This document shows, piece after piece, positions 52,520-62,118 of a DNA stretch of 64,000 nt (the first letter of the stretch is position 1; the number at the start of each line of letters is the position of its first letter). Under the pieces are notes generated by a model, which was given only the letters and a program-made list of their open reading frames with translations, had not been told where the DNA came from and did not search any database. The stretch is from an uncultured bacterium (GTDB lineage Bacteria; Patescibacteriota; Minisyncoccia; Minisyncoccales; RBG-13-42-11), in contig CAWBPO010000001.1 of the NCBI GenBank assembly GCA_963790795.1, positions 38,675-102,674 of the forward strand, written 5' to 3'. A program made the position numbers and the translations under genes.

Positions 52520-54850
52520 TTATTTTTGAATCTCAATTTCGGGTGGAGTTTCTTGGATGGGAGGTTGGGAAAGAGTTATCCCTTCTAAAGCTGGTAAACC
52601 TTTTTCAAGATTTTCCAAAATTTTCTTTATCTCTTGGTTTTGGGGATTCAATTGGGCCAATGTCTCAAATTCCTTTTTGGCTTTTTCTTTCTTCCCCATT
52701 TTATCGTAAACTAAGCCCAACATATATCTAGCATTAGAATAATCGGAATTTAAATTTACCGCCCTCTCAAATTCTTCTTGAGCTTTTTCGAATTGCTGCG
52801 ATCTCCAATAAAGCGACCCCAGTTGAAAAGCTACTCCCGGATCTTGAGGGGTAATTGTTTTTGTTTCCTCCAATTTCGAAATCGCCTGGTCGCTTTCTCC
52901 TTGTTGGTCATAAACCACTGCCAAAAGATAATGAGCGGGGGCATAATCCGGTTTTAATTCAATGGCAGCTTCTAGATTTTCAACTGCCAGGTCAAGATTT
53001 TCTCGGCGAAGTTCTTCTTGTCCTTTTTGAGAAAGTCCTTGAGCTATTAAAATATAAACTCTTCCTCTTTCCCCGAAAGCGAAAGGAGAGGCAGGTTCCA
53101 ATTGGATTGCTTTTTGATATGAACCCAGGGCTAATTCTCCTCCTCCTTCAATTCCAATTAAGTTCCGGTAAAAAAATCCTCTCACATTCCAATTGGCGAC
53201 ATTCATTGGGGCGGCATTTATCGCTTGGTTTATGGCTCCAGCTCCATCGACAATTGCCAGATTGGCTAACCTTCTCTTTTCTTCAAGAGATAAATTAGGG
53301 TCTTGGGAAATTAAATTAGTTTTAGCCAGATAAAGTTGAGAGAGATCTCGCCAATAAGTATCGATAGAGGGATTTAACTCTCCTGCTCTCTTTATATGAT
53401 CAATCGCTTGAGTAAGGTTTCCAGCCTGAGAAGCTTCAACCCCTTTTAAATATTTCATTTCGGCAAAATATTTCTGTCCCTGAAGAAAAAATAAACTCAA
53501 ACTGAAAATAATAACTATTATCAAAATTGAGTTTGCAAAAATCATTTTAGAAGGAGAAGAAAGATTTATCTGGGTTAATTTCGGGCTAAAATAGAACAGA
53601 AATCCACCGACAAAAAACCAGAAAATGAAATAAAGGACAAAATTAAATGGATAAAAGAAGCTGGCAACAATTAAACTTAGAATTCCAGCCACCAATCCAA
53701 GTTTTATTTCAAAAAAATCTTCTTTACCCTCAATTTTTCTTAAATATTTTAAAAGCGAGCGGATTATTAAAAGATAAAGAAAGAGCAAACTGATTCCCCC
53801 CAAGACCCCTTTAGTTAAAATCCAATCTAAAAATGTTGAATTTCCTTTCAAAAATCTCGTTCCCCAAAATATCGTCTGATTAAGTAAGGGAGAATGATAT
53901 TGAGAATAGTCAAAAACGAAAGTTCCGGGCCCTGTTCCTAAAATTATATTTTTCACTCCTTCGCTGAAGGCGCCTTTTAAAATATAAATTTCCGAGCTAG
54001 GATTAAGAGAAACTTCAAGGGGCAAAATAGGAAATCCCGGCAAGGGAATTGGAAAGAAGTAGAAAAAGATAGAAAGAATTAACCCAGCCATTAGAAAGGA
54101 AACTAAACTTAGCTTGATTTTCTCTTTTTGATTTCCAAAGCTAAAGATAAATAAAACTAAAATACCAACTATTAAACTAATCCAAGCAGTTTTAAAATTT
54201 ACTAAAATAACATTTCCAAAGAGAACAAAAGTAATTACTCCTAAAATTATTTTTAAAAAACTTTTTGCTCTAAAGGTTAGAAGTAAAGATAATGGTAAAA
54301 GAGCGACTGCAAAAATAGCAAAACTGTTTGTGGTTCCAATGGTATTAAAAGAAGAGATTCTTGTAAAATCAAACGGAAATGGGAAGATTTTATAAAGTTG
54401 GAAAATATTAATGATTCCACAAATTCCTCCCGATAAAAGGAGGGGGAATAATAAAGAAAGGAATTCATTTTTTGTCTCAAGGGAGTTGATGATGAGAAAA
54501 GCTAAAATTAAAAAGGAAAAGAAAAAGAGAAAACTATCGGCAATATCTAAAGGAAGACCCCAAAAAGAGGCTTCTGGCCAAAAAGAAAAGAGACAAGAAA
54601 ATAAAAGAGAGAGAAAAATTAGAAAGAAAGAAAAATAAAAAATTTTATTCTCTCTTAAGACTAATTTCCCTTCGAATATCTTTTTCCCCAGCCAGCCAAT
54701 TAAACTCAGAAAAATCAAGATTAAAGCTAAAGATTGTTTTGGAAAATCCAAAACATCTTGAGTAAAGGGTAAGAAGAAAATGGGAATTAAAAATAAAAGT
54801 AAGTAAAGGGGAATTTTATTTAATTTATTAAAAAAGGAAACCAAGTTCAT
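52520..54850 (-). CDS. polytopic membrane protein, O-antigen ligase-like core with C-terminal TPR repeats (paralog of 14178..16514)
   Basis: 776 aa; N-terminus and overall architecture parallel 14178..16514; 5+ TPR units at C-terminus. Confidence 0.55.
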   Translation of the reverse strand: MNLVSFFNKLNKIPLYLLLFLIPIFFLPFTQDVLDFPKQSLALILIFLSLIGWLGKKIFEGKLVLRENKIFYFSFFLIFLSLLFSCLFSFWPEASFWGLPLDIADSFLFFFSFLILAFLIINSLETKNEFLSLLFPLLLSGGICGIINIFQLYKIFPFPFDFTRISSFNTIGTTNSFAIFAVALLPLSLLLTFRAKSFLKIILGVITFVLFGNVILVNFKTAWISLIVGILVLFIFSFGNQKEKIKLSLVSFLMAGLILSIFFYFFPIPLPGFPILPLEVSLNPSSEIYILKGAFSEGVKNIILGTGPGTFVFDYSQYHSPLLNQTIFWGTRFLKGNSTFLDWILTKGVLGGISLLFLYLLIIRSLLKYLRKIEGKEDFFEIKLGLVAGILSLIVASFFYPFNFVLYFIFWFFVGGFLFYFSPKLTQINLSSPSKMIFANSILIIVIIFSLSLFFLQGQKYFAEMKYLKGVEASQAGNLTQAIDHIKRAGELNPSIDTYWRDLSQLYLAKTNLISQDPNLSLEEKRRLANLAIVDGAGAINQAINAAPMNVANWNVRGFFYRNLIGIEGGGELALGSYQKAIQLEPASPFAFGERGRVYILIAQGLSQKGQEELRRENLDLAVENLEAAIELKPDYAPAHYLLAVVYDQQGESDQAISKLEETKTITPQDPGVAFQLGSLYWRSQQFEKAQEEFERAVNLNSDYSNARYMLGLVYDKMGKKEKAKKEFETLAQLNPQNQEIKKILENLEKGLPALEGITLSQPPIQETPPEIEIQK

Positions 54851-54918
54851 ATTACATCTATATTATATCATACTTTAATTTTAATGCCTTGCAAATAAAA
54901 TGTCAATCTGCCAACTGA

Positions 54919-55998
54919 TCAGTGAGTTTTAATACTTTGGAGAATTCCAATAGCGCAAAGATTGGCAATTAAGCCCGAACCACCATAACTTACTAATGGT
55001 AGAGAGATGCCTATTATGGGAAAAATACCTAAATTCATACCGATATGGATAAAAATCTGAGAAATTAAAAGGACGGAAAGACCGATAGCAAAAAGCCGGG
55101 GAAAATTTGTCTGGCTGGATAGAGCAATTTTTATAATCCTCCATATTAAAATTAAAAATAAAAAAAGGAGAACCGATACGCCTATTAAGCCAAATTCTTC
55201 GGCAATTGCCGAGAAAATAAAGTCGTTTTGAGGTTCGGGTAAAAAGCCATATTGGGTCTGAGAGCCCTTTCCAAAACCCTGGCCCAAAATTCCGCCAGAA
55301 CCAATGGCAATTTCCGCCTGGTTCTGGCTCCAGCCAGCTCCCAAAGGATCAAAAGGAGTAATAAAGCTGATGATTCTTTGTTTTTGATAATCCTTTATTA
55401 AAAAAGACCAACACAAAGTTAAAATCAAAATACCACAAAGAAGCAAAATTAAAAAATGGCGGAGCTTTATTCCGGAAGCAATCAACACTCCTATCCATAA
55501 AGCAACCAAAATTATTACTGAACCCAAATCTGGCTGGAAAAAAGCTAAACAAACCGGCAATAAAATATAGAAACCGGAAAGGAGAATATGTTTGACCCTG
55601 TACATCTCAATGTGTCGCATTGAAAAATATTTTGCCAATAAAATGATTAAAATAATTTTCATGAACTCTATCGGGTCAATAGAAAGGGACCCGACTTTGT
55701 ACCACTTCTGCACTCCTCTGATTTCCGGCGCAAGAAAAAACAAACCGATCAAACCCAAAATGCAAACAAAATACAGAATCAAAATCAAATAGCTGTTTTC
55801 CCTGAAAATTCTCCAATCAAAAAAACAAAAAAAGAACATCAGAAAAATTCCTATACCAAAAAAGATAAGCTGCTTTCCAAAATTCAAAAAATCCTCTTTG
55901 CCGATAGACGAACTATAGAGAGACAAAAGCCCGAAACCGACCAGTAAAAAAGTGACAACGATTAATATCCAATCTAATTGTTTTAAACTTCTCCACAT
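54919..55998 (-). CDS. FtsW/RodA/SpoVE-family peptidoglycan glycosyltransferase (SEDS)
   Basis: 10 TM helices; C-terminal GISLPLVSYGGSGLIANLCAIGILQSI (SYGGSS SEDS motif). Confidence 0.8.
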   Translation of the reverse strand: MWRSLKQLDWILIVVTFLLVGFGLLSLYSSSIGKEDFLNFGKQLIFFGIGIFLMFFFCFFDWRIFRENSYLILILYFVCILGLIGLFFLAPEIRGVQKWYKVGSLSIDPIEFMKIILIILLAKYFSMRHIEMYRVKHILLSGFYILLPVCLAFFQPDLGSVIILVALWIGVLIASGIKLRHFLILLLCGILILTLCWSFLIKDYQKQRIISFITPFDPLGAGWSQNQAEIAIGSGGILGQGFGKGSQTQYGFLPEPQNDFIFSAIAEEFGLIGVSVLLFLFLILIWRIIKIALSSQTNFPRLFAIGLSVLLISQIFIHIGMNLGIFPIIGISLPLVSYGGSGLIANLCAIGILQSIKTH

Positions 55999-56045
55999 AT
56001 AACTAAGCTTCGCAGAGGCCCGTCCTCTGTTTGCTAAAAATTAAG

Positions 56046-56486
<441 letters not shown>

Positions 56487-58127
56487 TCAATTTGCCAAAT
56501 CATTGGCTGTCTCTTCTCCAATATGACGAATTCCCAAAGAAAAGACAAATTTTGGAAAAGAAATATCTTTGCTTTTTTGAATGGCCTCTATCAGGTTTTT
56601 AGCTGACTTTTCGGCAAACCGTTCCAAAGAAACTAAATCTCCTTCCTTCAACTGAAAAATATCATTTGCTTGGGAAATTATTTTTTCATCGATAAGTTTG
56701 TCAATAATTTTAGGCCCTAACCCGTCAATGTCAAAAGCTTTTTTTGAAACAAAATGATAAAGATTTTCTCTTTTTCTGGCAGGACAATTTACATTCGGAC
56801 ATTTCCACAACGCTTCTCCCGAAAATTTCTTTAATTTGATTGAACAGCTCGGACAAACTTTTGGAAAATGAAAATTCTTTTCTCGACCAGTTCTAAGTTC
56901 AAACAAAACTTTGGCCACATCTGGTATGACATCGCCAGCCCTCTCAATAATCACTGTATCTCCAATTTTTATTCCTAATCTTTTTATTTCGTCTTCATTG
57001 TGCAAAGTAGCCCTGGTTATAGTCACTCCGCTGACTTTTACCGGCTCTAAAACAGCCACAGGAGTTACTGCTCCTGTCCTGCCTATTTGAAGCTTTATAT
57101 CCAAAACCTTGGTTGTCGCTTGTTTTGGCGAGAATTTAAAAGCTCTGGCTCCTCTGGGACTTTTGCCAACAACTCCTAGTTTGTCAAAAAGAGCGTTATT
57201 ATTAACGTTTATTACCACTCCGTCTATTTGATAGGGCAAAATTTCTCTTTTTTTAGCAGCATTTCGCCAAAAATCCTTTATATCGGATAAATTGCTGCAA
57301 ACCTTTCCTTTGTCTGTTTTAAATCCCAATGAAGCTAAAATTTGGTGCTCTTCAGAATGTTTTGTCTGTTTCGTATCAGTTACCATATCGTATGCTAAAA
57401 ACTTTAAAGGCCTGGAAGCTGTCAACTTAGAATTTAGCTGTCTAATCGAGCCCGCAGCCAAATTTCTAGGATTAGAAAATGTTTTTTCTCCTTTTTTTGC
57501 TAATTCGTTATTTAGCTTCTCAAAATCATCTTTTCCCATAAAAACCTCTCCTCTTACTTCAATTTTGCCTCGTTTTATCGCTTTTTTCAGGCTTTCTTCA
57601 ATGTTCTTGTCTAATATACTCTTCTTCAATTCCAGTTTTAAAGGAATGCTTTCTATGGTTTTTAAGTTCTGAGTAACATCTTCTCCTGTTTTTCCGTCTC
57701 CTCTGGTAGCTCCTGTTTTGAAAATGCCGTTTTCGTAAACTAAAGCAATGGCAAATCCATCAATCTTTAATTCAGCAAAATATTCAAATCCCCCGCCTTT
57801 TTCAAAAAGATGGGGGGCCAATCTTTTTAAATAATCTTCCCAATCTTGCAGTTCTTTCTCTGAAAAAATATCTTCCAGAGAAAGCATCGGAACTTTATGT
57901 TCTACTTTTTTAAATTGTTTTTGCGGTTCTCCGGCAACTCTTTGAGTGGGAGAATCCGCAGTAACAAATTCCGGAAATTGCTGTTCTAATTTATAAAGCT
58001 CGTGTTTCAAAGAATCTAAAGCAGACTCGGAAATTTCCTGCTTGTCTAAAACATGATACAAATAGCGGTGGTGGTTAATCACTTTTTTCAGTTTCTCTAT
58101 TCTCTTTTTCGCCTCGTTTTTCGTCAT
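56487..58127 (-). CDS. ligA: NAD-dependent DNA ligase LigA (adenylation, OB, Zn-finger, HhH); ends at in-frame TGA before BRCT
   Basis: KxDG adenylation motif ELKIDGFAIALVYENG, CPSCSIKLKKFSGEALWKCPNVNCPARK Zn finger; start taken at MTKNEAKKRIEKLK (ATG 58125-58127). Confidence 0.9.
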   Translation of the reverse strand: MTKNEAKKRIEKLKKVINHHRYLYHVLDKQEISESALDSLKHELYKLEQQFPEFVTADSPTQRVAGEPQKQFKKVEHKVPMLSLEDIFSEKELQDWEDYLKRLAPHLFEKGGGFEYFAELKIDGFAIALVYENGIFKTGATRGDGKTGEDVTQNLKTIESIPLKLELKKSILDKNIEESLKKAIKRGKIEVRGEVFMGKDDFEKLNNELAKKGEKTFSNPRNLAAGSIRQLNSKLTASRPLKFLAYDMVTDTKQTKHSEEHQILASLGFKTDKGKVCSNLSDIKDFWRNAAKKREILPYQIDGVVINVNNNALFDKLGVVGKSPRGARAFKFSPKQATTKVLDIKLQIGRTGAVTPVAVLEPVKVSGVTITRATLHNEDEIKRLGIKIGDTVIIERAGDVIPDVAKVLFELRTGREKNFHFPKVCPSCSIKLKKFSGEALWKCPNVNCPARKRENLYHFVSKKAFDIDGLGPKIIDKLIDEKIISQANDIFQLKEGDLVSLERFAEKSAKNLIEAIQKSKDISFPKFVFSLGIRHIGEETANDLAN

Positions 58128-58194
58128 AATATATGTCATATATATTATATAATAAAAAAGGCCCATTTCGGAGAGGGGTCGGGAGAACCTACCA

Positions 58195-58617
58195 CTAGTA
58201 TTCCACTTCAATTGCTCTTTTGGCTGTCTGAAAAGCACCGACTGACTTTATACAGAAATTTAAAGTAGGGCACTCTTCTGCTGTGGCAGCAACCGGTATT
58301 ACATTGTAAAGTTCTCCTCCTGGCTGGCAGTCAGCATTGCTTTCGCTGCATTTTACTGAAACACTGTAAGACGCGCTATTGGTCATGACATCGCTATAGG
58401 CAGAGTTGTGACTTTCTAGTTTATACAAGTCGTAAATCTGCTGTTCAACCCCAGAATCAGCTGCATAGAAAGAAACAACTGAATCTCCTATGTTTTCCGA
58501 TATTTTGATTTGCTGGATTAAAATCCCGCTAATTCCCAAACCAATTGCTAAAATCACGCTCATAATCAAAACTACCAAAAACAATGCTACTCCTTTTTCT
58601 TGTGTTGCGTTTTTCAT
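58195..58617 (-). CDS. PilX-N-like minor pilin / pseudopilin
   Basis: N-terminal QEKGVALFLVVLIMSVILAIGLGISGILIQQ hydrophobic segment typical of PilX_N. Confidence 0.5.
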   Translation of the reverse strand: MKNATQEKGVALFLVVLIMSVILAIGLGISGILIQQIKISENIGDSVVSFYAADSGVEQQIYDLYKLESHNSAYSDVMTNSASYSVSVKCSESNADCQPGGELYNVIPVAATAEECPTLNFCIKSVGAFQTAKRAIEVEY

Positions 58618-58621
58618 AATT

Positions 58622-59174
58622 TTAATATCTAATGTCTAAGTTTCTCTGGGAAACGGAAGTTTGTATTTTCATTGTCGGCTGAAGCTCAGGCAATGTTCCT
58701 CTTTTTCCTTTTATTTTCAAAAATAGCGTTACTTTGGGCTGATAAGCGTCGTCTTGACTCCAAGTGTCCTCCCCGCCAAGAACAAAGGAAACCACTTCTA
58801 TACTGCTGGCAGTCAAAGGAATGCCAGTGCCTTTTCCGCTTGTTTCTTTTAGACGATTATCAATAGTGTCCCAATAAAATTCCTGGCATTCTCCCTCATA
58901 ATTTTTAAAGGCTATGCCTTTTCCAGTCTCTTGTGGTCTCATAATTCATATTGGCAGTAATACAAGAACCGGTTAAATCCTTTTTAGCCATTCTCAAAGC
59001 CCGGCTGATGTATTCCAAAGTATAGGAAACATTGTCATAAAGCTCTTGAGAAGCCAAAGCTTTCTGCTGCCCTTTCAAAGCACTGACAAAAAATCCGGTA
59101 GGAGCGGCAATAACCACCGTGAAAACCGCCAAAGCCACCAAAAGTTCTATTAATGTGTAACCGTTTTTCCTCAT
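58622..59174 (-). CDS. type IV pilin-like protein (prepilin N-terminus NGYTLIELLVALAV), split into ORFs 58905..59174 and 58622..58942 by a +1 frameshift in a T4/A4 run (58919-58922)
   Basis: Removing one A from gactggAAAAggcatagcc fuses ...TTRDW|KGIAFKNYEGE... into one ~190-aa ORF. Confidence 0.6.
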
Positions 59175-59178
59175 AATG

Positions 59179-59616
59179 TTATTCGCCGTACCAGTTATAT
59201 AAATAATTTATCACTTCTACGCTATAGTCTTTTCCCCGTTCATTCCATCCAACTTCAACTTTAACCTCTATTGTGGACGTAGACATTGCTGTAATAGAAG
59301 TTGTTCTTTCAAATCTACTCTGCGTTGAGTCCAAGAAATTTACATACTCGTTATTCGAAGATATGCCTGTATCCCAAGCGCTGCCGTTGATCCAGTTTGT
59401 ATCTCTGATATTTCTGACATTTTCAACGCCTTCCTGAGTAAGATAAGAAGCTATTAATTTTGACTGAGTTAATGAAACAGCAATAAGGGTTTGCTGGATT
59501 AAGATATAGCTTGCGCCAACAGCTATGGTCAAAACAAAAATAGCCATCATTACCTCTAAAATGGTGAAACTTTTTTCTCCAGAAGATCTAAATTTTTTAC
59601 TGTTAAAACAAAACAT
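59179..59616 (-). CDS. pilin-like protein with atypical N-terminal motif (KSFTILEVMMAIFVLTIAVGAS)
   Basis: Hydrophobic N-terminal helix with E at +5-like position; 145 aa. Confidence 0.5.
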   Translation of the reverse strand: MFCFNSKKFRSSGEKSFTILEVMMAIFVLTIAVGASYILIQQTLIAVSLTQSKLIASYLTQEGVENVRNIRDTNWINGSAWDTGISSNNEYVNFLDSTQSRFERTTSITAMSTSTIEVKVEVGWNERGKDYSVEVINYLYNWYGE

Positions 59617-60188
59617 TATTCAATTTCAATTAAACAGGCTTTATTGACAAAAACTGTTTTCCCGGAACCGCCTTCAAAATTCAATGTAATTGAAACTGAC
59701 GCGCCATCAGGGTCAAAAACAACTGTCGGCTCCGGAGGAGTAAAAGTAATACAAAGAGTGTTTCCTATAGAAGAAGGAGTTAAATTATCTATTTTAATCC
59801 TTGTTTCAAGAGAAAAATCTTCAATTCTTTCGGAAGAAGAAGCAGTACAAGAACCGCCTCGGCAGTCATCACAAACCAAATCGTCACCATCAAACTTATT
59901 ATCATTATCGCAGTCAACAAACAAAGTATAAACGCCTGTTTCTTCGCCTCCAGGAGTTTCGCTGAAATAAATTCCGTATCCTCCCTGATAAGCGCCCATA
60001 AATTCCTGGCTTGACAATGCCATTCCCTGGGCTTTTCTCAAGCTTTGCGCCAATTGATGAGCTGACCTTTTTAAAGCGAATTGCTTCTCTCCTTCACGAT
60101 AGTTGGCAATAAAAATAATTGAAAGCAAACTGATAACCACTAAAACCACTGTCACTTCCAATAATGTGAAACCTTTACTGTTCCTCAT
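59616..60188 (-). CDS. type IV pilin / pseudopilin (class III signal peptide, G|FTLLEV)
   Basis: MRNSKGFTLLEVTVVLVVISLLSIIFIA canonical prepilin N-terminus. Confidence 0.8.
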   Translation of the reverse strand: MRNSKGFTLLEVTVVLVVISLLSIIFIANYREGEKQFALKRSAHQLAQSLRKAQGMALSSQEFMGAYQGGYGIYFSETPGGEETGVYTLFVDCDNDNKFDGDDLVCDDCRGGSCTASSSERIEDFSLETRIKIDNLTPSSIGNTLCITFTPPEPTVVFDPDGASVSITLNFEGGSGKTVFVNKACLIEIE

Positions 60189-60192
60189 AATT

Positions 60193-62109
60193 TTAAAAAG
60201 GCGCTGTTTCTTTCCACTCAGGCAAAGGAGGAAAAACGCTTATTTCTTCGGTTGACGTGCAAGTTCCCAAATCATCGGTTATTTTCAAACTTATTGTCTT
60301 ACCGCCCATTGTGCTGTAACTGGTTGTCGCATTGCCCCGGCACGGCGAATCCGGCACTACGCCGCTGTCGCAATCAATAACTGCATCCTCATGAGCGTTG
60401 AAATTCCATTGGTAACGAATGTTAGAATTCGTTTTACAATCATACTCTACCAAAGAATCGTTATAACATTTGGAATTATCCAAAAAAGTTACTTCAGCGT
60501 TTAAATTCGGGTTTGAAGGAGAAGGAGTAAAATCAGGATATGGATAAGGACGCAAGATAGTGGTAAATCCTTGGTCTGGCACATATTCAGCAGTGGTAAA
60601 AGAAGCAGTGCTATCTGCCCAGTCAGAACCAGCTGAGTTAGAAGCATAACAACGATAATAATAGGGAGTGGAAGGATTCAATCCTGAAATATCTTTGTAA
60701 AAAGTTACTAATCCCTTTTCGCCCAGATTTTCATTGTGATCCCAGTTTGCGGAAACAGTCCCAGCATCATTATCACCCCAATATATATGAACTGTGGGAT
60801 CTTCTCCTCCGGTATAAGTGACTTCGCCGTTCAATCTGGCTGAATTATGCGTGATATTTGAAGCGCCTGTTGAGTTAGTAACAACAGGATTAGTCACACC
60901 AGAAGTAACATTTACACTAATTGTATCGTATTCGCTCCATTGTTCTGCCGTATCTTGAGATATTCCCCAAAAAGTCCAATCACTAGTACCATCTGGTATT
61001 TCATCCGCCCAATCTAAAGTAATATTCCAAGTATGAGAGCAGAAAGTTGTCCCACTACAAACATAAACTTCTTCCCAACGATCATTTGGTTGTTCTCCAT
61101 TTGTATAAAGCCAAAGCTGATTAACTCCATAGTCATCTGTAGCTGAAACTGTTACTGAAATAACTTCGTTTAAATTTTTTTCACAAACTGGCTTACATTC
61201 TGAAGGCCCAACAGTGGTAATAGGAGGATTATCTGTGATACAAGCGGGACAGGAACCGCCGCAATCAGTGCCAGTTTCATCGCAATCCTGAGAACCATTT
61301 GCGCAGTGGTTAGTCCAACTCCCACTTTGGCATTTGTATTGTCCGGAGCAACTCCCGGAGCTGGAACAACTTCCGTCATGCGCGCATTGATCGCTATTGC
61401 AACACCAAGAACCACTACCATCATAATCATATTTACAAACATACGGTGAAAGACAACTCGGGCAGTTTTGAGCATTACAAATTCCCTGAAAGCCACTTGT
61501 ATTTTCTGTACCTGATAAATAAATATCATAAATTTCAAGCGTTGCGTTTCCAGCGCAATTACCTCCAAAATACAAATAAAAATTGGTGGAACCTGCGGGT
61601 AAAGTAACTAATGTTGTTTCTATTGTAGTTTTTGAAGAGCAACGAAGTTGCTCATATATTTTGTTATCTCCAACCCATATTGACCACTCTGAATCCCAAG
61701 ACCTGTGTTTTATGTTTAGGGTGGTGGTTGTTTTGCCATCACAATAATAATATCTTACATATGCAAGACAAGGACCAGGCATACCGCCACACGACCACCC
61801 AGGGTTTGTACCCCGTATTGTTGCAAAAGTGCTTGTGTCGCCATATGAACCATCTAAAGAATTACTTGTATTTAAAATCTCTGCATTAGTAGATACAGTC
61901 TCAGTAAAAGAAGTTGGCCTCCAATTATCTGCCTCTGCCGATTCTACTTTTAAAAATAAAAATCCCGCGCTTATTAAAAGAGTTAGAGTAAAAACGAATT
62001 TTAGCTTTTTCATTTTCATATCAACTAAATTATTTTTACCAACTGTAATTGTTTTGAACGAAGGTTTGAAAGTAAAAAGTTTTAAGAAACGAGAAATAAA
62101 CTTTTTCAT
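60193..62109 (-). CDS. large secreted Cys-rich protein encoded immediately upstream of the pilin genes (putative pilus-associated adhesin)
   Basis: Signal peptide MKMKKLKFVFTLTLLISAGFLFLKVESAEA (likely start at 62019); >40 Cys; no family recognised. Confidence 0.5.
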   Translation of the reverse strand: MKKFISRFLKLFTFKPSFKTITVGKNNLVDMKMKKLKFVFTLTLLISAGFLFLKVESAEADNWRPTSFTETVSTNAEILNTSNSLDGSYGDTSTFATIRGTNPGWSCGGMPGPCLAYVRYYYCDGKTTTTLNIKHRSWDSEWSIWVGDNKIYEQLRCSSKTTIETTLVTLPAGSTNFYLYFGGNCAGNATLEIYDIYLSGTENTSGFQGICNAQNCPSCLSPYVCKYDYDGSGSWCCNSDQCAHDGSCSSSGSCSGQYKCQSGSWTNHCANGSQDCDETGTDCGGSCPACITDNPPITTVGPSECKPVCEKNLNEVISVTVSATDDYGVNQLWLYTNGEQPNDRWEEVYVCSGTTFCSHTWNITLDWADEIPDGTSDWTFWGISQDTAEQWSEYDTISVNVTSGVTNPVVTNSTGASNITHNSARLNGEVTYTGGEDPTVHIYWGDNDAGTVSANWDHNENLGEKGLVTFYKDISGLNPSTPYYYRCYASNSAGSDWADSTASFTTAEYVPDQGFTTILRPYPYPDFTPSPSNPNLNAEVTFLDNSKCYNDSLVEYDCKTNSNIRYQWNFNAHEDAVIDCDSGVVPDSPCRGNATTSYSTMGGKTISLKITDDLGTCTSTEEISVFPPLPEWKETAPF

Positions 62110-62118
62110 TTTAATAAA

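Noticed and set aside
52444-52731. 95-aa + strand ORF starting at the histidine-kinase stop
   Set aside because: Runs through the 45-bp hairpin element and antisense to the TPR membrane protein; no coding signature.
54411-54638. 75-aa K/E/R-rich + strand ORF
   Set aside because: Low-complexity antisense reading of the membrane protein 52520..54850; no RBS or start context.
55999-56045. GC-rich hairpin GCAGAGG-cccgt-CCTCTGT between ligA BRCT stop and ftsW start as a terminator
   Set aside because: No U-tract on the transcribed (-) strand and only 6/7 stem complementarity. Could be an attenuator but evidence is too thin to call.
56487-56489. Possibility that the genome uses an alternative code with UGA as sense (code 4/25, as in some CPR lineages)
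   Set aside because: Long conserved genes (rpoC 1194 aa, ftsK 716 aa, recA, atpA/D) have no in-frame TGA. Only ligA is affected. rpoB's TGA follows a demonstrable frameshift.
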